DNA of 64,000 nt, taken from the human T2T-CHM13v2.0 reference genome, Homo sapiens. Within the stretch, counting starts at the first letter, position 1; each line of letters begins with the position of its first letter. The position numbers and the translations under genes were made by a program. The DNA is taken from the NCBI RefSeq assembly GCF_009914755.1, contig NC_060938.1; one strand, written 5' to 3'. Of this stretch, positions 42,308-56,750 are shown in pieces. Under the pieces are notes generated by a model. That model did not search any database. It saw only the letters and a program-made list of their open reading frames with translations, and was not told where the DNA came from.

Positions 42308-42738
42308 TGGGGACATGCAAATCAAAACCAAAATGAAATATCACCTCACACCTCCTGTCAGAGTGACTATTATCAAAAAGACAAGAAATAAATGCTGGTG
42401 AGGATGAAGAGAAGTGGAAACTCTTATACACCGGGAATATGAACTAGTACAGCCACTGTGGAAAACAGTATGGAAGTTCCTCAAAAAAAAAAAAAAAAAA
42501 ATAGAACTATCATATGATCCAGCAATCCCATTGCTGGGCGTTTATCCAAAGAAAATGAAATCAGCATTTAGAAGAGCTATCTGCACTCCCCTGTTTATTA
42601 CAGCACCATTGACAATAGGCATGATACGGAATCAACCTAAGTGTCTATCAATGATGAATGGATAAAGAAAACGTGGTATTTATACACAATGGAATATTAC
42701 TCCGCCATAAAAATGAGAATGAAGCCCTATCATTTTCA

Positions 42739-43115
<377 letters not shown>

Positions 43116-46100
43116 TCATAGAAGTACAGAGTAGAACAATGGTTACCAGAGGCTGGGAAGGACAAGGGGAAGAGAGGGAGGTGGAGAGATTGGTCAGCAG
43201 ATACAAAATCACAGATAGACAGGAGGAATAACTTCTGGTGTTCTATTGCACAGTAGGGCAACTATGGTTAATAATATTTATTGTATGTTTCAAAATAATT
43301 AGAAGAGAGGATTTTGAATGTTCTTGCCATAAAGAAATGATAAATGTTTTTAGTGTTGGATACACAAATTACCCTTATTTGATCATTACACAATGTAGAC
43401 ACATATGGAAACATCACTGTACCCCATAAATATGTACATTTATTATGTGTCAATCAAAAATGAAGTTAAAAAGTGTACATTCCAGTGGTTTCTAGTATAG
43501 TCACAGAGTGTACATATATCGCCATGATCTAAATTTAAAACATTTTCACCCAAAGAAAGAAACCCTCTCTACCCATTAGCAATCACTCCCCATTTCCCTC
43601 CCACCTCTACCAGCTCCAGGCAACCATAAATCTATTTTTAGTCTCTATAGATTTGTCTGTTCTGGGTATTCCATATGAATGGAATCACACAAGATGAAGT
43701 ATTTTGTGACTGGCTTCTTTCACTTAACATAGTGTTTCCAAGGTTCACCCACATTGTTGCATGGATCGGTACTTTATTTCCTTTTGTTGCCTAATAATAT
43801 TGCATTGTATGGATAGATCACTTTTTTTAATTCATTTATCAATTGATGGCCATTTGGGTTGTTTCCATTTTCTGGCTACTAGGAATAATGCTGCTGTGAA
43901 CATTCGTTTACAGACTTTTGTGTGGATGTATGTTTTTACCTTTCTTGGGTTTATACCTAGGACTGGAATTGCTGGGTCACATGATAACTCTGTTTAGCCA
44001 CTTGAGGAACCAACAGACTGTTTTCTGAAGTTGTTGTACCATTTTACATTCCCATCAGCAATGTATAACGAAGGTTCCGTCCTAGTAGTGTGAAGTAGTA
44101 TCTCACTGTGGTTTTGATTTGCATTTCTCTGGTGAATTATGATATTGAGCATCTTTTCATATAATCATTGGCTACTATATATCTTCCTTGAAGAAATGTC
44201 TATTTACATCCTTGGTCTGTTTTTTAATTGGGTTTTGTCTTTTTATTGTAAGAGTTCTTTAAATATTCAGGATCCAAATGCTTGTCAAATCTATGGTTCG
44301 TAAATATTGTCTCCCGTTCTGTGGGTTGTGTTTTTTATTATTTTTTATTGTGTCCTTTGTAGTACAACGTTTTTAAATGTTTATAAACTTCCGTTTTTTT
44401 TTTTTCCTTAGGCCACTTGTGCTTTGGGCAGGATATCTAAGGAGCCTTTGACTAATCCAAGTTTACAATAACTTATTCATATATTTCTTAAGGTTTGTAT
44501 AGTTTTCGCTGTTACATTTAGGCCTTTAATCCATTTTGTGTTAATTTTTTGATATGGTGTGAGGTAGGGGTCCAACTTCATTCTTTTGCATGTGGATATC
44601 TAGTTGTCCCACCCCCGTGTATTGAAGAGACTATTTTTTCTTCCATTGAATTATCTTGGCACCAATGTTGAAAATCAATTAACTGTAAATTTGAGGGTTT
44701 ATTTCTGGACTGACACTTAATTCTATTCCTTTGATCTATATGTCTGTTCTTATGCCAGTGCCACTCTACCTTGATTACTGTAGCTTTGTAGTGAGTTTTG
44801 AAGTCAGGAAGTGTGAGTCTTCTAACTTAGTTCTTCCTGTTCAAGATTGTTTTGGCTATCCTGGACCCCTTGAATTTTCATATGAATTTTAGAATCAGCT
44901 TATCAATATCGTAAAAAATACCACCTTGGATTTTGATAGGGATTGCACAGAATCTGCAGACCAATTTTTGCAGTATTGTTATCTTAATAAAGTTAAGTCT
45001 TCCAATGAACATGGGATGTCTTTCCATTTATTTAAGTCTTCTTCAATGTCTTTCATTTCATTTTGCCATTTTCAGAGTATAAACTTCACATTTCTTTTGT
45101 TAAACTTATCCTTAAGTATTTTTTATTCTTTCTGATGCTATTATAAATAAAATTGTCTTTTAAATTTCATTTTCAAGTTGCTTATTGCTAATTGATTTTT
45201 GTATACTGATCTTTTACCCTGCAACCTGGCTGAACTTGTTTATTGGTCCTAATAAGTTTTCAGAGGATTAGTTGGGAGTTTTACATACAAGATCATGTCA
45301 CTTGAAAATATAGATAATTTTAATTCTTCCTAATTGGAATGACTTTTATTTCATTTTCTTGCCTGATTGCCCTGACTAGAACCTCAGAATGCTGAATAGA
45401 ATGGGCAAGAACAGAGATCCTTGTTTTATTTTTGATCTTATCAAGAGGGCATTCAATCTTTCACCATTAAGTATGACGTTGATTGCGGGTTTATCATAGT
45501 TCTTTATCAGGTTGAGGAAGTTCCCTACTATTTCTAGTTCCCTGAGAGTTTTTAATCATAAAATGGTGTTAGATTTTGTCAAACGTATTTTTTGCACTTA
45601 CTAAGATAAACGTGTATTTTTTGTTCTTTATTCTATTTATAAGATGTGTTATATTAATTGACTTGGATATTGAATCAACCTTGCATTCCTGAGATAAATT
45701 TCACTTGGTTATGTTGTATAATCTTTTTAATATGTTGCTGGATCGAGTTAGCTATTATTTTATTGACGATTTTGCATTCATATTCATAAGAGATGTTGTT
45801 CTGTAGTTTTCTTTTCTTGTACTATCTTTGGTTTTGGTATCAGGGTAATACTAGCACCACAAAATGAGTTAGGAAGTGCTACCTCACCCCTCACCATTTT
45901 ATAAAAGACTTTGTGAGGAATTGATATTAATTATTTAAATATTTGGCAGAGTTTGCATTCTGAGCTTGAGTATTCTTATGTTGTTGGGTGAAGTATTCTT
46001 TGCATGTTTGTTAGATTTTGTTGGTTTATAATGCTGTTCAAGCCTTTTATTTTCTTGTTTATCTTCTGTCTTGCGAAACTTCTACCTTATCAGGAACTGG

Positions 46101-47649
46101 AGTAAGGGTGATTGGGATCTTAGTAATATTGGCCTGCAGCCCCTGGGTTAGAGCTTCCACCCTACAAATTGGGGCTGGCTGTAGGACTTCCACCCTACGA
46201 ACTGGGGAAGACAGCCCCAAACCTCTCAGCTGCTCTTGCCCGGAACACAGTCTGCAGCACGGAGCTGGAGGGGATGAGAAACGCTGGTGGTGGGCCCCTC
46301 CTGAGGGGGTGGCGGGTAGGGGTCCTGTACTCAACTGGAAGAGGAGAAGAGGGAGTGGATTGTGAATCAGTTGCCACAGATTTAGCAGATTAGTTTGAAT
46401 AGATGTTTTCTTTCATTTGCTGTATGCCCTTAGGGCAATTATTAGAGATTTTAATAGCTGCTTTCAAATTTTTTTTTTCTTTTTTTTTACCAATTTTGGT
46501 TGTTTCACTTGAGAGAGGTCCTCCCAGCTCCTCACATTGCAATGTCAGCCACCATGCCCGGCCAGATCTGTCTTATTTCAAGAGGACAGAGGTTTCTGGA
46601 AGGTGGGAACCATGCCGTAATGCCCTCTCTCTCTCTCTTTCTCTCTCTGTGCCTCTCCCAGCACTTGTGTGACATGAAGCACACAGAGCTCCTCCATAAG
46701 GCCAGATGACCTCAATCATAAATCAGTGAATATCTCTGGGTCTCCCTGCAATTTAGACCCTTCACAACTGAGCACAAAAGAGAAAGAGAAAACCTATCTG
46801 TGCCTCAAGTTTCCAATCTGTTTCCTTTAAACCCACTGAAGTTTATATTATATAGGAGCCTCTTAAAGACAACAGCCTTCATCTCATTGAAATTGAGTCT
46901 GTAAATGCAAAACATTGTTTTAAATAATGAATTGGTATTTGAAATTCCTATATTTCAATATTCCTTTGATATTCCAAAATGAAATTTAAACTGCTGGGGT
47001 TTTCTGCATTCTTCGTCTTTCCTTTGATTTGGCTCAACTCGTTGCTTTGAATATGTTTGCTTTAATCACTGGACCATAGAGCAGGAGGGATGTGCATCTT
47101 GATGGGGGAGGGCTGGGGGTTCAGCCATCTGGGCCCAGAAAATGACTGCCTTATGCAAATCACTGGATCTTCCTGCTGGAACCCGGCTGCAGGGGATTTC
47201 CAGGCCCACAAGGAGGGGTGGACTCCCCTGGCTATACTCCAAGGGGGACACTTGAGCCCCTATCTTACAGTTCAAAGGCAGAAAAGGCAGCTGCAGCAGG
47301 GCCTTCAGCAGGTGCCAAACCAGGGACGAGTTCCCGGGACATCTGATGGGCATCTGATCTGCAACTCAGGTGGACCAAATGCCTGACCCAGGTTCTGAGG
47401 TGGGGAGATGGGGATGATATGAGTGGAATCTATCCTCATTAAGTTAGGCAGTTTCAGTCCTAAAGAAAGAGAAGGCATGATCTTCATGATCATGATGATG
47501 GTGGCAGTGACAATGTTGACGGTGTAATTAGAGTAATGATAATAGCTACAATGGCCCACAGTGATGAGGCACTTACCATATGTCAGGCACAGTGCTAAGT
47601 TCTGCAGGTGAACTGTTTTCTGAACTGTTTTGTTTTGCTCTCTAAACTG

Positions 47650-48060
47650 TCTCTATTTGCATTTTCCTAAAGCAGACTCAAAGAGAAGGACTAGGTGCAG
47701 TCAAGAGTGTCCCAGAAAGAGGAATAATGGATTGGGGAACAGAGAGGAGCTGGGCCAGTGAATGGTATGCTAATGAGCTGGTCACCTCTGTAGGCAATTG
47801 CAGCTCTATCTTGAGGGGGACCCTTTGGGAAACTATGTAAGGCAACTCAGAATTGTTCCATCCAAGGAAGGAGGAGGAGGCTGGTGCTTTTCCTCATTGG
47901 GTTCCATCCCCATTGATTAGGGGGTTACCACTAGTGATAGTAATTCCCCTGCAGTCCTGAATTGCAATTGCAGGCTGGGGACAAACCCCTATGGTGACCT
48001 GTGAGCCAGCGAACACCCTCTGTCAGAGCAGTAGATGGCCCAGGACCCTGAGAAAGAAAA
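47650..48060 (-). mobile_element. Possible LTR16-like ERVL LTR remnant
   Basis: aaagcagactc..taatgagctggtcacctctgtaggcaattgcagctc..gggaccctttgggaaactatg..ctcagaattgttcc. Confidence 0.4.
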
Positions 48061-48665
48061 CTGTCCTCAGCTGGAATGGCCCACTGTGGCCACAGGTAAA
48101 CTCGGAGACAGGCTAAGGAGATATGGGGCCAGACATCAATAGAAATTTCCACAACAATTTTTGCATAAGTATTTTTATGAACTCTATTTGCAGTAGAAGA
48201 AACTGAGGCTTAGAAAAATGGCCAGATGTTGTCCAAGTTTGTCCAGCTAGGAAATGTACCAAGAACCTCAACAAATATTTCCTCACCATCTGCGCTGTGT
48301 CTGACACAGGGGGGCAGATATGAATAAGACATAGTCCTTGTCCCCAGGGACATTATGCATGCAGGATGTCAAACACAAACCACTAGTCCTGAGTGACAAA
48401 TGTCATCTAGAAATAAGCACAGAAGTTAAGGTAGGGGAAAGGGCCTTCTAACCCAGCCCAGAGGACCAGGAAAAGCTTCCTGGAAGAGGTGACATCTGTT
48501 TTGGGAGGGTGGCTTTTGCTTTATTTTATTTACATGTAAAGTGGTCCTATTTGTTAGGAAGAAATGAGAACAATCTGTATAAGTAAAATTAAGCTGGCAC
48601 CACACCAGGTACCACCTGACTTGCCCATGAACCCTGTGGACCTTCCTGCAACCTCCCTGTCCTGA

Positions 48666-49098
<433 letters not shown>

Positions 49099-50009
49099 CC
49101 AGCTGCCATACTTCTAAGCACGGGTTACTCTCAGAGGGACACTTGCAGCCTGACGGGCATCATTAAGGGAAGCTGGCACAAGCTCTGCCTTGAGTCAGGG
49201 AGGGGTAAAGAGGGTTGGCCTCCCAGCCTCACTTGTGGAAAGGGGAGGCCCCTTGGCTCCCCCTACAATGCCACTGATAGTTGTGAAGAAGGCTCACTCC
49301 AGAGCCTGCAGGAAGAAAGAGTGGGGATTTGGAAAGGGGGGGCCTTGAGTTCTAATCCTGGCTTCACCATTTCTCTAGTGACGAAACTTTCTTCTCATCA
49401 AGCCTGACCACTCCTGAGCTCCCACTCCACCCCAGATGACTTCAAGGCCTGGCACCCCTGCCCCAACTCCCCATGGTATTGCTCCAGGTGCCTTTAGGTG
49501 CAAGGAATAGAGGCTGAACACCAGTTAATCTGGGCAAAAGGAGGGCTATTGGTGCGCACAGGGGAGTCCAAGAATGGCCACCCTCTAGGCACAGCTGACT
49601 TAGGAGCACCAGTGTCAAAGAAGTGTATCCCACCTCACACAGGGCCCCAACAGCTCTGGACTCACCATCCCCCAGTACAGCCAAGGGAATGGTCTCCTTC
49701 TGGAAAGTTCCAGCCACAGGCAAAACAGCATTCCCATTGGCCAAGCTGGCTCACATGCCATCTCCACACTGTGGTCATGGCCAGAGGAAGCCGGCCTTTG
49801 TTTGGCCTGGTCTGAATCACTTCCCAGGGCCCAGGGTGGGGTCAGCCTTGGATGAACCCTGTGAACTGAGCCCAGGGAAAGGGCAGCTCCCCAGAAGAAA
49901 TTCGGGCTACTGATACCAGGAGGAGGACAAGTGAGAGCTGGGTTAGAAGGAGGAAGCTGCCGCTCCACATGTAAAATGGTGGTGTTTTCAGGGAAGGACA
50001 CTGTAGGAC

Positions 50010-50297
50010 TGTGAGTCAGAGTTCTCCAGAGAAACAGAACCAATAGGATATAGATAGATAGAGAGATATGTAAGAGGGCATTTGTTATGCGAATTGGCTT
50101 ATGCAATTATGGAGGCAGAGAAGTCTCACCATCTGTAGTTGGCAAGGTGGAGACCCAGGAAAGTGGTGATGTCCATGGAGTCCAAGGCCAAAGGCCTGAG
50201 AACTGAGGGTGGGGAGCACTGAGGTAAGTCCCGAAGTCCGAAGGCCAAAGAGCCAGGAGTTGTCTGAGGGCGGGAGAAGATAGATATCACAGCTGAA

Positions 50298-50339
<42 letters not shown>

Positions 50340-50520
50340 TTGGCTCTTCCTCCATCTTTTTGTTCTATCTGGCCCTCAATGGATCAGGGATGCCCACCAC
50401 ATTGGCGAGGGCAGATCTTCCTTATTCTAAGGATTCAAATACTAACCTCTTCCAAAAACGCATAGGCTCACCCAAAACAATGTTTCACCAGCCCTCTGGG
50501 CACCCCTTATCCCAGTAACA
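50010..50520 (-). mobile_element. MLT2B/C-type ERVL solo LTR with internal (GA)17 at 50301-50334
   Basis: gagttctccagagaaacagaaccaatagga..gaattggcttatgcaattatggaggc..ggagacccaggaaag..gattcaaatactaacctcttcc. Confidence 0.87.
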
Positions 50521-53500
50521 TGCAGTGAATACTCATTGTTGTGTTTTAGTGAATGCTGCAGGGTCTAGGTGTTCGCAGAGATCAGCTAGCGGCTGACAAA
50601 GTACAACTCCACACCAAGTTCAACTTAAGTGCAGAGCCCAGGAGGGGACTGCCCAGATTAAACACCATAGACGCCCATCGTCACTCTTCCCTGCAGAAGA
50701 AAAGAATGTGAGAGTGAGTGGAGGGGGGTGTGTGTGAGTGTGTGGGTCTGAGTGTTTGTGGAAATTCATATGGGGACTTGGTAATACATGGCACTGAATG
50801 TGAGCTTGTGTGCCTGTGGGTGTGTAGGTGTGTTTGAACGGCTGGGTGTGGGGTAAGTGTGGGTATGTAAGTGTCTGGAAAGAAGGGTGCACTTGGGAGG
50901 GTAGCCTGGAGTGATTATGGGTGCACACAGAGTGAGTGGGGTCTGGCTAGCCAGGAGGACACACACAAGCCAGGTGCCAGCAAGTGGAGCTACCGTGGGG
51001 ATCAACAAGTTCCACAAAATGCCCCCTTGTTAAACATGCAAGACCAGCCATGCCACCCAAGGTTACGCTAGGGCTAAGGGGCTCAAGGACAGAGCTGTGA
51101 CCTGATTTAGGGAAGTGCCTGCCTGCCCCTGCCTTGTCCCCTGGGACTGGTCAGCGTCCCAGAATGGGAAATGGGTCCTCACTCATCCCAAAGAGGAAGC
51201 CTGGGGGAAGAGCATCTCTCGGGTTATGGCCCCAGGATCCCCGTGCCAATTTCCACTACCACTTTCCTAAGCCGAAATCCCCCCCTTTTCCACTGGGGGT
51301 TTCAGCCTCTGCCCAAAAGACCAGCTCCAGCCTAAATCCCCTAAATCCCACCCCCTAACCCCCGAACTGCAGACTCATCTTTTGCTTCTCTTTAAGCAGC
51401 ACCTACCATGCTCCTGGGCTCCTCGTTTACAGGAGGGGGAAAAAAATCAAGCAACCATTCTAGGAAAGGGGTTTGGTCCACCTGGGCCAGGGTTCTAGAA
51501 GCCTGTGGCCTCCAGATGCTTTAGGAACAAGGAGTACGCATGGAGTAGGGCCAGGGGGACATTGCCCATGAGGGACGTGGGGGTCAGGATATGTGGCAGG
51601 GCATCGAGAGGGTAGAGGGATGCTGGTGGCGGGGGAATGGTGTCCAGAGACCACCCCACCCGGCATCCACGTTGAACTGCTTCTCATAGCCCCGGGCCTG
51701 CACCCTCCAGGTGGGAGTGACGGAGAGAATGTGCAGACATTGTGCTGTCAGTTGGTCTGATCATCCTGCCTGGCTCAAAACCCAAAAGGACTTGGGGCAG
51801 CATGAAAAGACACATAAAATGCAATATGAAAATGACAGGACGAAACCAGGGGAAACAAGGGCAGGAGGAACAAGTTGAAGCACGCCAACAATCATGAGGC
51901 AAGGCCCCCAAAACCCTGGTCCTGGGGGATCAGGCTTGGAATAGTCAAGCAGCCAACGTGTCTCAAAAGTCACTCCCCTAAGAACCACAGCATGGAAAAC
52001 AGATGGGAATGGGCTGCTCCGGCCCTGGCTCCCCTCCCCCATGGCTGCTTGGCAAGAGTCCCACTGCTTGGGTACTCACAGGACATACGGCCAGGCACCA
52101 ACCAGCGTCCTTATACCATCCCAAGAACCACGTCCAGGGTCACTTCCCTGTCCTGTGAGACCCCCTGCACTGGACATCGGGCACGTGCTGCCTCCTTTAA
52201 TTCTCTTCATCCCATGAGATGAGCCCTGTGGTCATTCCCACGTCCCAGAGAAGGACACAAACAGTGACAGCCCAAGACTCAGACCCACACCTGGCACTAC
52301 CATCCTATCATATCATCTCTCACCTCTCCGAAGGGCTGCCCTTGGGCAAAGGGAGGGACAGGTCCAGTGTATCCCCAACCCTAGATCGGAGACCTGGAGG
52401 GCCAGCATTACAGGCAGCTATGCTCACACATTGGACCCACCCACAGATGCACCGGTGTCCTTGGCAGGTGGTGAGTTGCTTGTCACCCAGGGTGTCCAAC
52501 ACTCCTGACCTGGAGCAGCACAGGGAAGGGGAGGCCAGAAGGCCAGATGGCTCCCACCTACCCTGAAACCCGTGCTTTCACAGCCCAGAGAACTCCCACT
52601 CCCGCCTGCCCACTCCTGTGCTCTGCGCTAGTGTTGAACTGAGTGTGGAGTCATGTTTTGTCAGCCACCAGCCAATCTCTGACAACACCTAGACCCGGCA
52701 CCATTCATTAAAACACAGCAATGACTATTCACTATAAGGGGAAAGGGTGGGAGGGAATCAGTTTCCTTTGACTACTTACTTGCCTTACAGTGGACATCTT
52801 TCTTTTATATCCTTTCCATACTCTACGAGTTATTGACGTGAATTCTTTCTCATTTAGTGGTTTGCGTTGTCAGAGGGTAAAATCTGATGTGTAGCAAATG
52901 TCTCTGAGTTCACCAGTAATAACCCCTCAAGAGACCATGCTGAGGAAGTTATATGCTACCAAATAATAAAATATCCCCATCTACTTTCAGAAGCTTTGGA
53001 CAGCAAAGAGAGACCGCCAGGACTCGGAAAACCTTCAGACAGATTCTGTCTGGCTTGTCCAGCCTTATTCACAGTGACTCCATACATCACAGAAGGGGTT
53101 GGCAGGGCAGGGAAGCCAGGCACAGCCAGATTTCCTCCATGTAAAATCCCATCAACTGAAAGATTTAACAACAGTGTTTGGAAGGGGGAGGGGGCGAGCA
53201 AAAAAACTCCACAATGCCAAACATACACGAAGATGGAAGACGTATCTGCACCAGCAAAATGGTAAAAAGTGGAGGGAAGAGAAAGAACACCCATTTGTAT
53301 GAAGAAAATATGGCAGATTCCTGCCCCTTGAGACCTGCAAAGTCATCATTTCCAGCCCTCTCTCTGGGGTCATGCTTTTTAAAGCTCCAAAGATCAACAT
53401 GTAGTATGAATCACCCACTCTAAAAAAGAAAGAATACTCCAGTTCCAACAAATCTAAGGGCCCTGGACAGCTAGCTCAGCACGAACCACAGTGCTCCGGG

Positions 53501-54904
53501 CTAGACACAATCCAGTCTGTCCTCTGAGCCCCCTGCACTGCCACCCACCTCACAGAGCATCCCCATAGCCATCCAGCACTGTCCACATGTCCCTGGATGA
53601 GAGGACTCTCAAGGAAAGGCAGGAAATTAACAAGCCTACAGGGAGCACAGGCCCCGTGTCAGCACTTTGCCAGACGGTGTCATGACAAGACTGAATGAGA
53701 CCCAATCCCTGCCCTCAGTGAGAGGAGATGAAAAGACGATTGTAACTTGCTGAGTGCCTTTGTACCAGCCACTGAGCTGGGTGTCATGTATGTGATGTCC
53801 CATTTGATCCTGGCATCAGCTGCACTGAATAATGATTATCCCCATTCTACAAATGGGGAAATAAAGGCTGGGTGAAACTAAGTTACTGCTCCAAGCACGG
53901 GCAGCCAATAAATGGTGGAGCCAGAATATGAACTCTGCCCTCTCTCCAGGGCCCGTCCATGCTACTTCTGCCACCCCAGGCACCCCTTTCCCCACAACCC
54001 AGAGAGACATCAGCAGGCACTGGACAAGTACTCCACTCTCACACACACCCCAGCCCTCAGCACTCCCACCACATACTGCCCACACACTTCCACCTCCTGG
54101 ACGCCAACCCCTCCAACATGTCCAATCTGTCCACTTCTCTTAATTTCCACTGATGAGATCTTAGACAGGCCCCCATGGTCATGGTCATAGGAGACCACCA
54201 TGACCTCCAAATAGCTCTGAGCTTCCATTCTCACCCACGAAGGTCACGTCTCCACACAACAGTCAGTTCAGTCTTTGTAAAACCCAAACCTGAAAATGCC
54301 GCCCCTCTGTTAAAAATGCTCTAATGGATTCTTCTTGCCCTGGAGAAAAAATGTTCCTCCTAGGACCCGAATGATCTGCTCACCTCTCTGGCTGTCCTCG
54401 CCTTGGACCACTGAATAGCCTCGACATTTCTGCCTTCTGTTCATTCTTTCAATCCGTGCGCCTTTGTCCAACCTCAGAGCCCTCACACATGCTGTTCCTG
54501 GAATACCATTCCCCTCCACGAGTCAATGACACTTCATCTTCTTCCCTTCCTTGGACAAGGCTGCAGCAATCATCCCATCCAAAGTTTCATTCTCTCCCAG
54601 AACCCTGCTCTTTTTCCTTAAAGTTATATATGTTTTCCTGTTTATTTATTAAATATCTGTCCCCTCCACTAAGACATAAGCTCAAAGACATCTAGAACTG
54701 GATCTGTTTTGCTCACCGTTGTGTTGTTCATGGTGCAGCATTGATGCAAAATAAATATCTTGAGTGAATGCATGAATTAATGAATAGGAACAGCATTGCT
54801 ACTCACCGTGGTGTTTCCTCTGCTAACTAGCTAGGAGTCGTTCCTTATCCCTGTGTCTCAGGCAGCCACTCCCAAATCAATGGAGCTGACAAGTTTGATG
54901 TAAT

Positions 54905-55450
54905 TCAGGTCAAACAAACTGGTATATCTATACCGTGGACTACTACTCAATAAGAAGGAACAAACTATTGATGCATCCAACAGTTTGGACGAATGTCAAG
55001 GGAATTATGCTAAGTGAAAAAAGCCACTCTCAAAAGGTTACATACCGCATGACTCCGTTTATATAACATAGTCAAAATGACCAGATCACAGAGATGGAGA
55101 GGAGATAATTAGGCCTGTGGGGGCAGGTGTGACTGTAAAAGGAACACAGTAGGGAGTGTTCTTCTCATGACAGAACATTCTGTATCTTGATTGTGATGCT
55201 GGTTACATGACTCTATAGGTGGGATAAAATGCCATAGAGCCATACACAAAGACATACAGAAAAATAAAACCACATGAATGTGCATAATAACTGGTGAAAT
55301 CCAAGTACAGTGTGTAGTCTGGTTAATTACATTGTGAAGAATGATGTCTGGTTTTGATGAAGCACTAGAGTTATATAAGATGTGTGAAGGGTGCACATGA
55401 CACTTTGTACTGTTTTTGCAATTTCTTGTGAGTCTATAATTATTTCAAAA
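54905..55450 (+). mobile_element. L1MC/MD 3' end
   Basis: aaacaaactggtatatctatacc..gggaattatgctaagtgaaaaaagccactctcaaaaggttacatac..ttttgcaatttcttgtgagtctataattatttcaaaa. Confidence 0.8.
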
Positions 55451-56518
55451 GAGACAGAAAAAGAAAAGGAAGATGGAATCCATGTGCCACCTCAGGGTCA
55501 GACTCTCTGTCCCCATCTGCCCTACTTCATGAGTTCCCATGAGTTCCCAGGCAATTTCTGCTCCTCCCACTGCAGTGCCCCTCAGTACCTGCCCCAGATG
55601 GCTACTTCTCAGCCAGGACACCTACAAATGACACAGAGCCATGGACCAGTCCCACTGTTCCCATGGACAGAAGAGACGGGTACCCACGGCCACACCTCTG
55701 TGGTGTGGTTGGGTAATGCACACGTACAAGTTAGGCACCCACGCCTGGTGCCTCATTTTGCACCAGATTCTGAGGGAGGGTCCAGTACGTTTTCATGTAT
55801 CAGCCTCTAACCAGTTGTTACACCCAGGCTGGGGCCCTCTCTCTACATCTTAAAGGAGGCATTGGCAGAGATGGCCAGATGAGAAGCCCACGCTGGAAAT
55901 CTTCTGTACACTCATCCTCATAAACCCAGAGATGGGCAATCTTTAATTGAACCAAAGAGGCCAAACCTTTCATCTATCAACTGTGCCGTTGGCCACAGGC
56001 AGAAAAGATGCTGGTTTTAGTTAAGAGTAGAAACTGTGCCAATGATCGCTGTATTAGACCTAAGATAGATGCACGAGGAAGCCTGCTGGGGTTTGTGGCT
56101 TGAGGATGAGATGGCAAGTCTGGTTTGAGCTCAGTCCAGACTCTGGTAGGAAAAAGCAAGAAAAAGAAAACAATTTCCAACTTGCGGCCACACAGCAAGC
56201 AGCAACTGCGTTTACTCCAAGACGAGACTGCAAGCGCAGTGTTGTCTTAACCCTTGGCTAGACCCTGTGCCTTGACTGTCCGCACAGGCAAAAGGCTGGC
56301 AGAGACCAGCGAGTGTCTCAGGTGAACTGGGTAACTGGATTGGCCTGGTATAGAGGAATGTGCCCTGGATGAGAGACCATGGGATACTAGTCTTGGCTCT
56401 GCCCCCTGATTCACCGTATGCCCTGAGCGAGACCCTTTCCTTCTCTGGGTCTCAGTTTCCCCGTTTTCAAAGTGCACTGACTTCTGAGGTATTCGTCCGA
56501 TGTAAATGTTTACCCAAC

Positions 56519-56750
56519 CAGGATTCTTCAGCCACAGCCCTGTGGGCACTGTGGGCACTTTGCGCCTGGGGAATCTCTGATGGGGGCCGCCCCGGGCACT
56601 GTGAGACAACTAGCAGCATCCCTGACCTCTACCCACTGGTGGATGAGCAGTGTCTCTCCCCATCCCACAGTGTGATTACCAAAAAAGATCTCCAGATACA
56701 GCCAAATGTCCCCTGGGGGGTAAAATTGCCCTGCCCTAGACTCACGGACC
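56519..56750. mobile_element. MER20 (hAT-Charlie) DNA transposon
   Basis: agcagcatccctgacctctacccactgg..gtgtgattaccaaaaaagatctccagatacagccaaatgtcccctggggggtaaaattgccc. Confidence 0.83.

Noticed and set aside
40801-42665. Short ORFs resembling L1 ORF2p
   Set aside because: Fragmented dead L1 with stops and frameshifts, not a functional gene.
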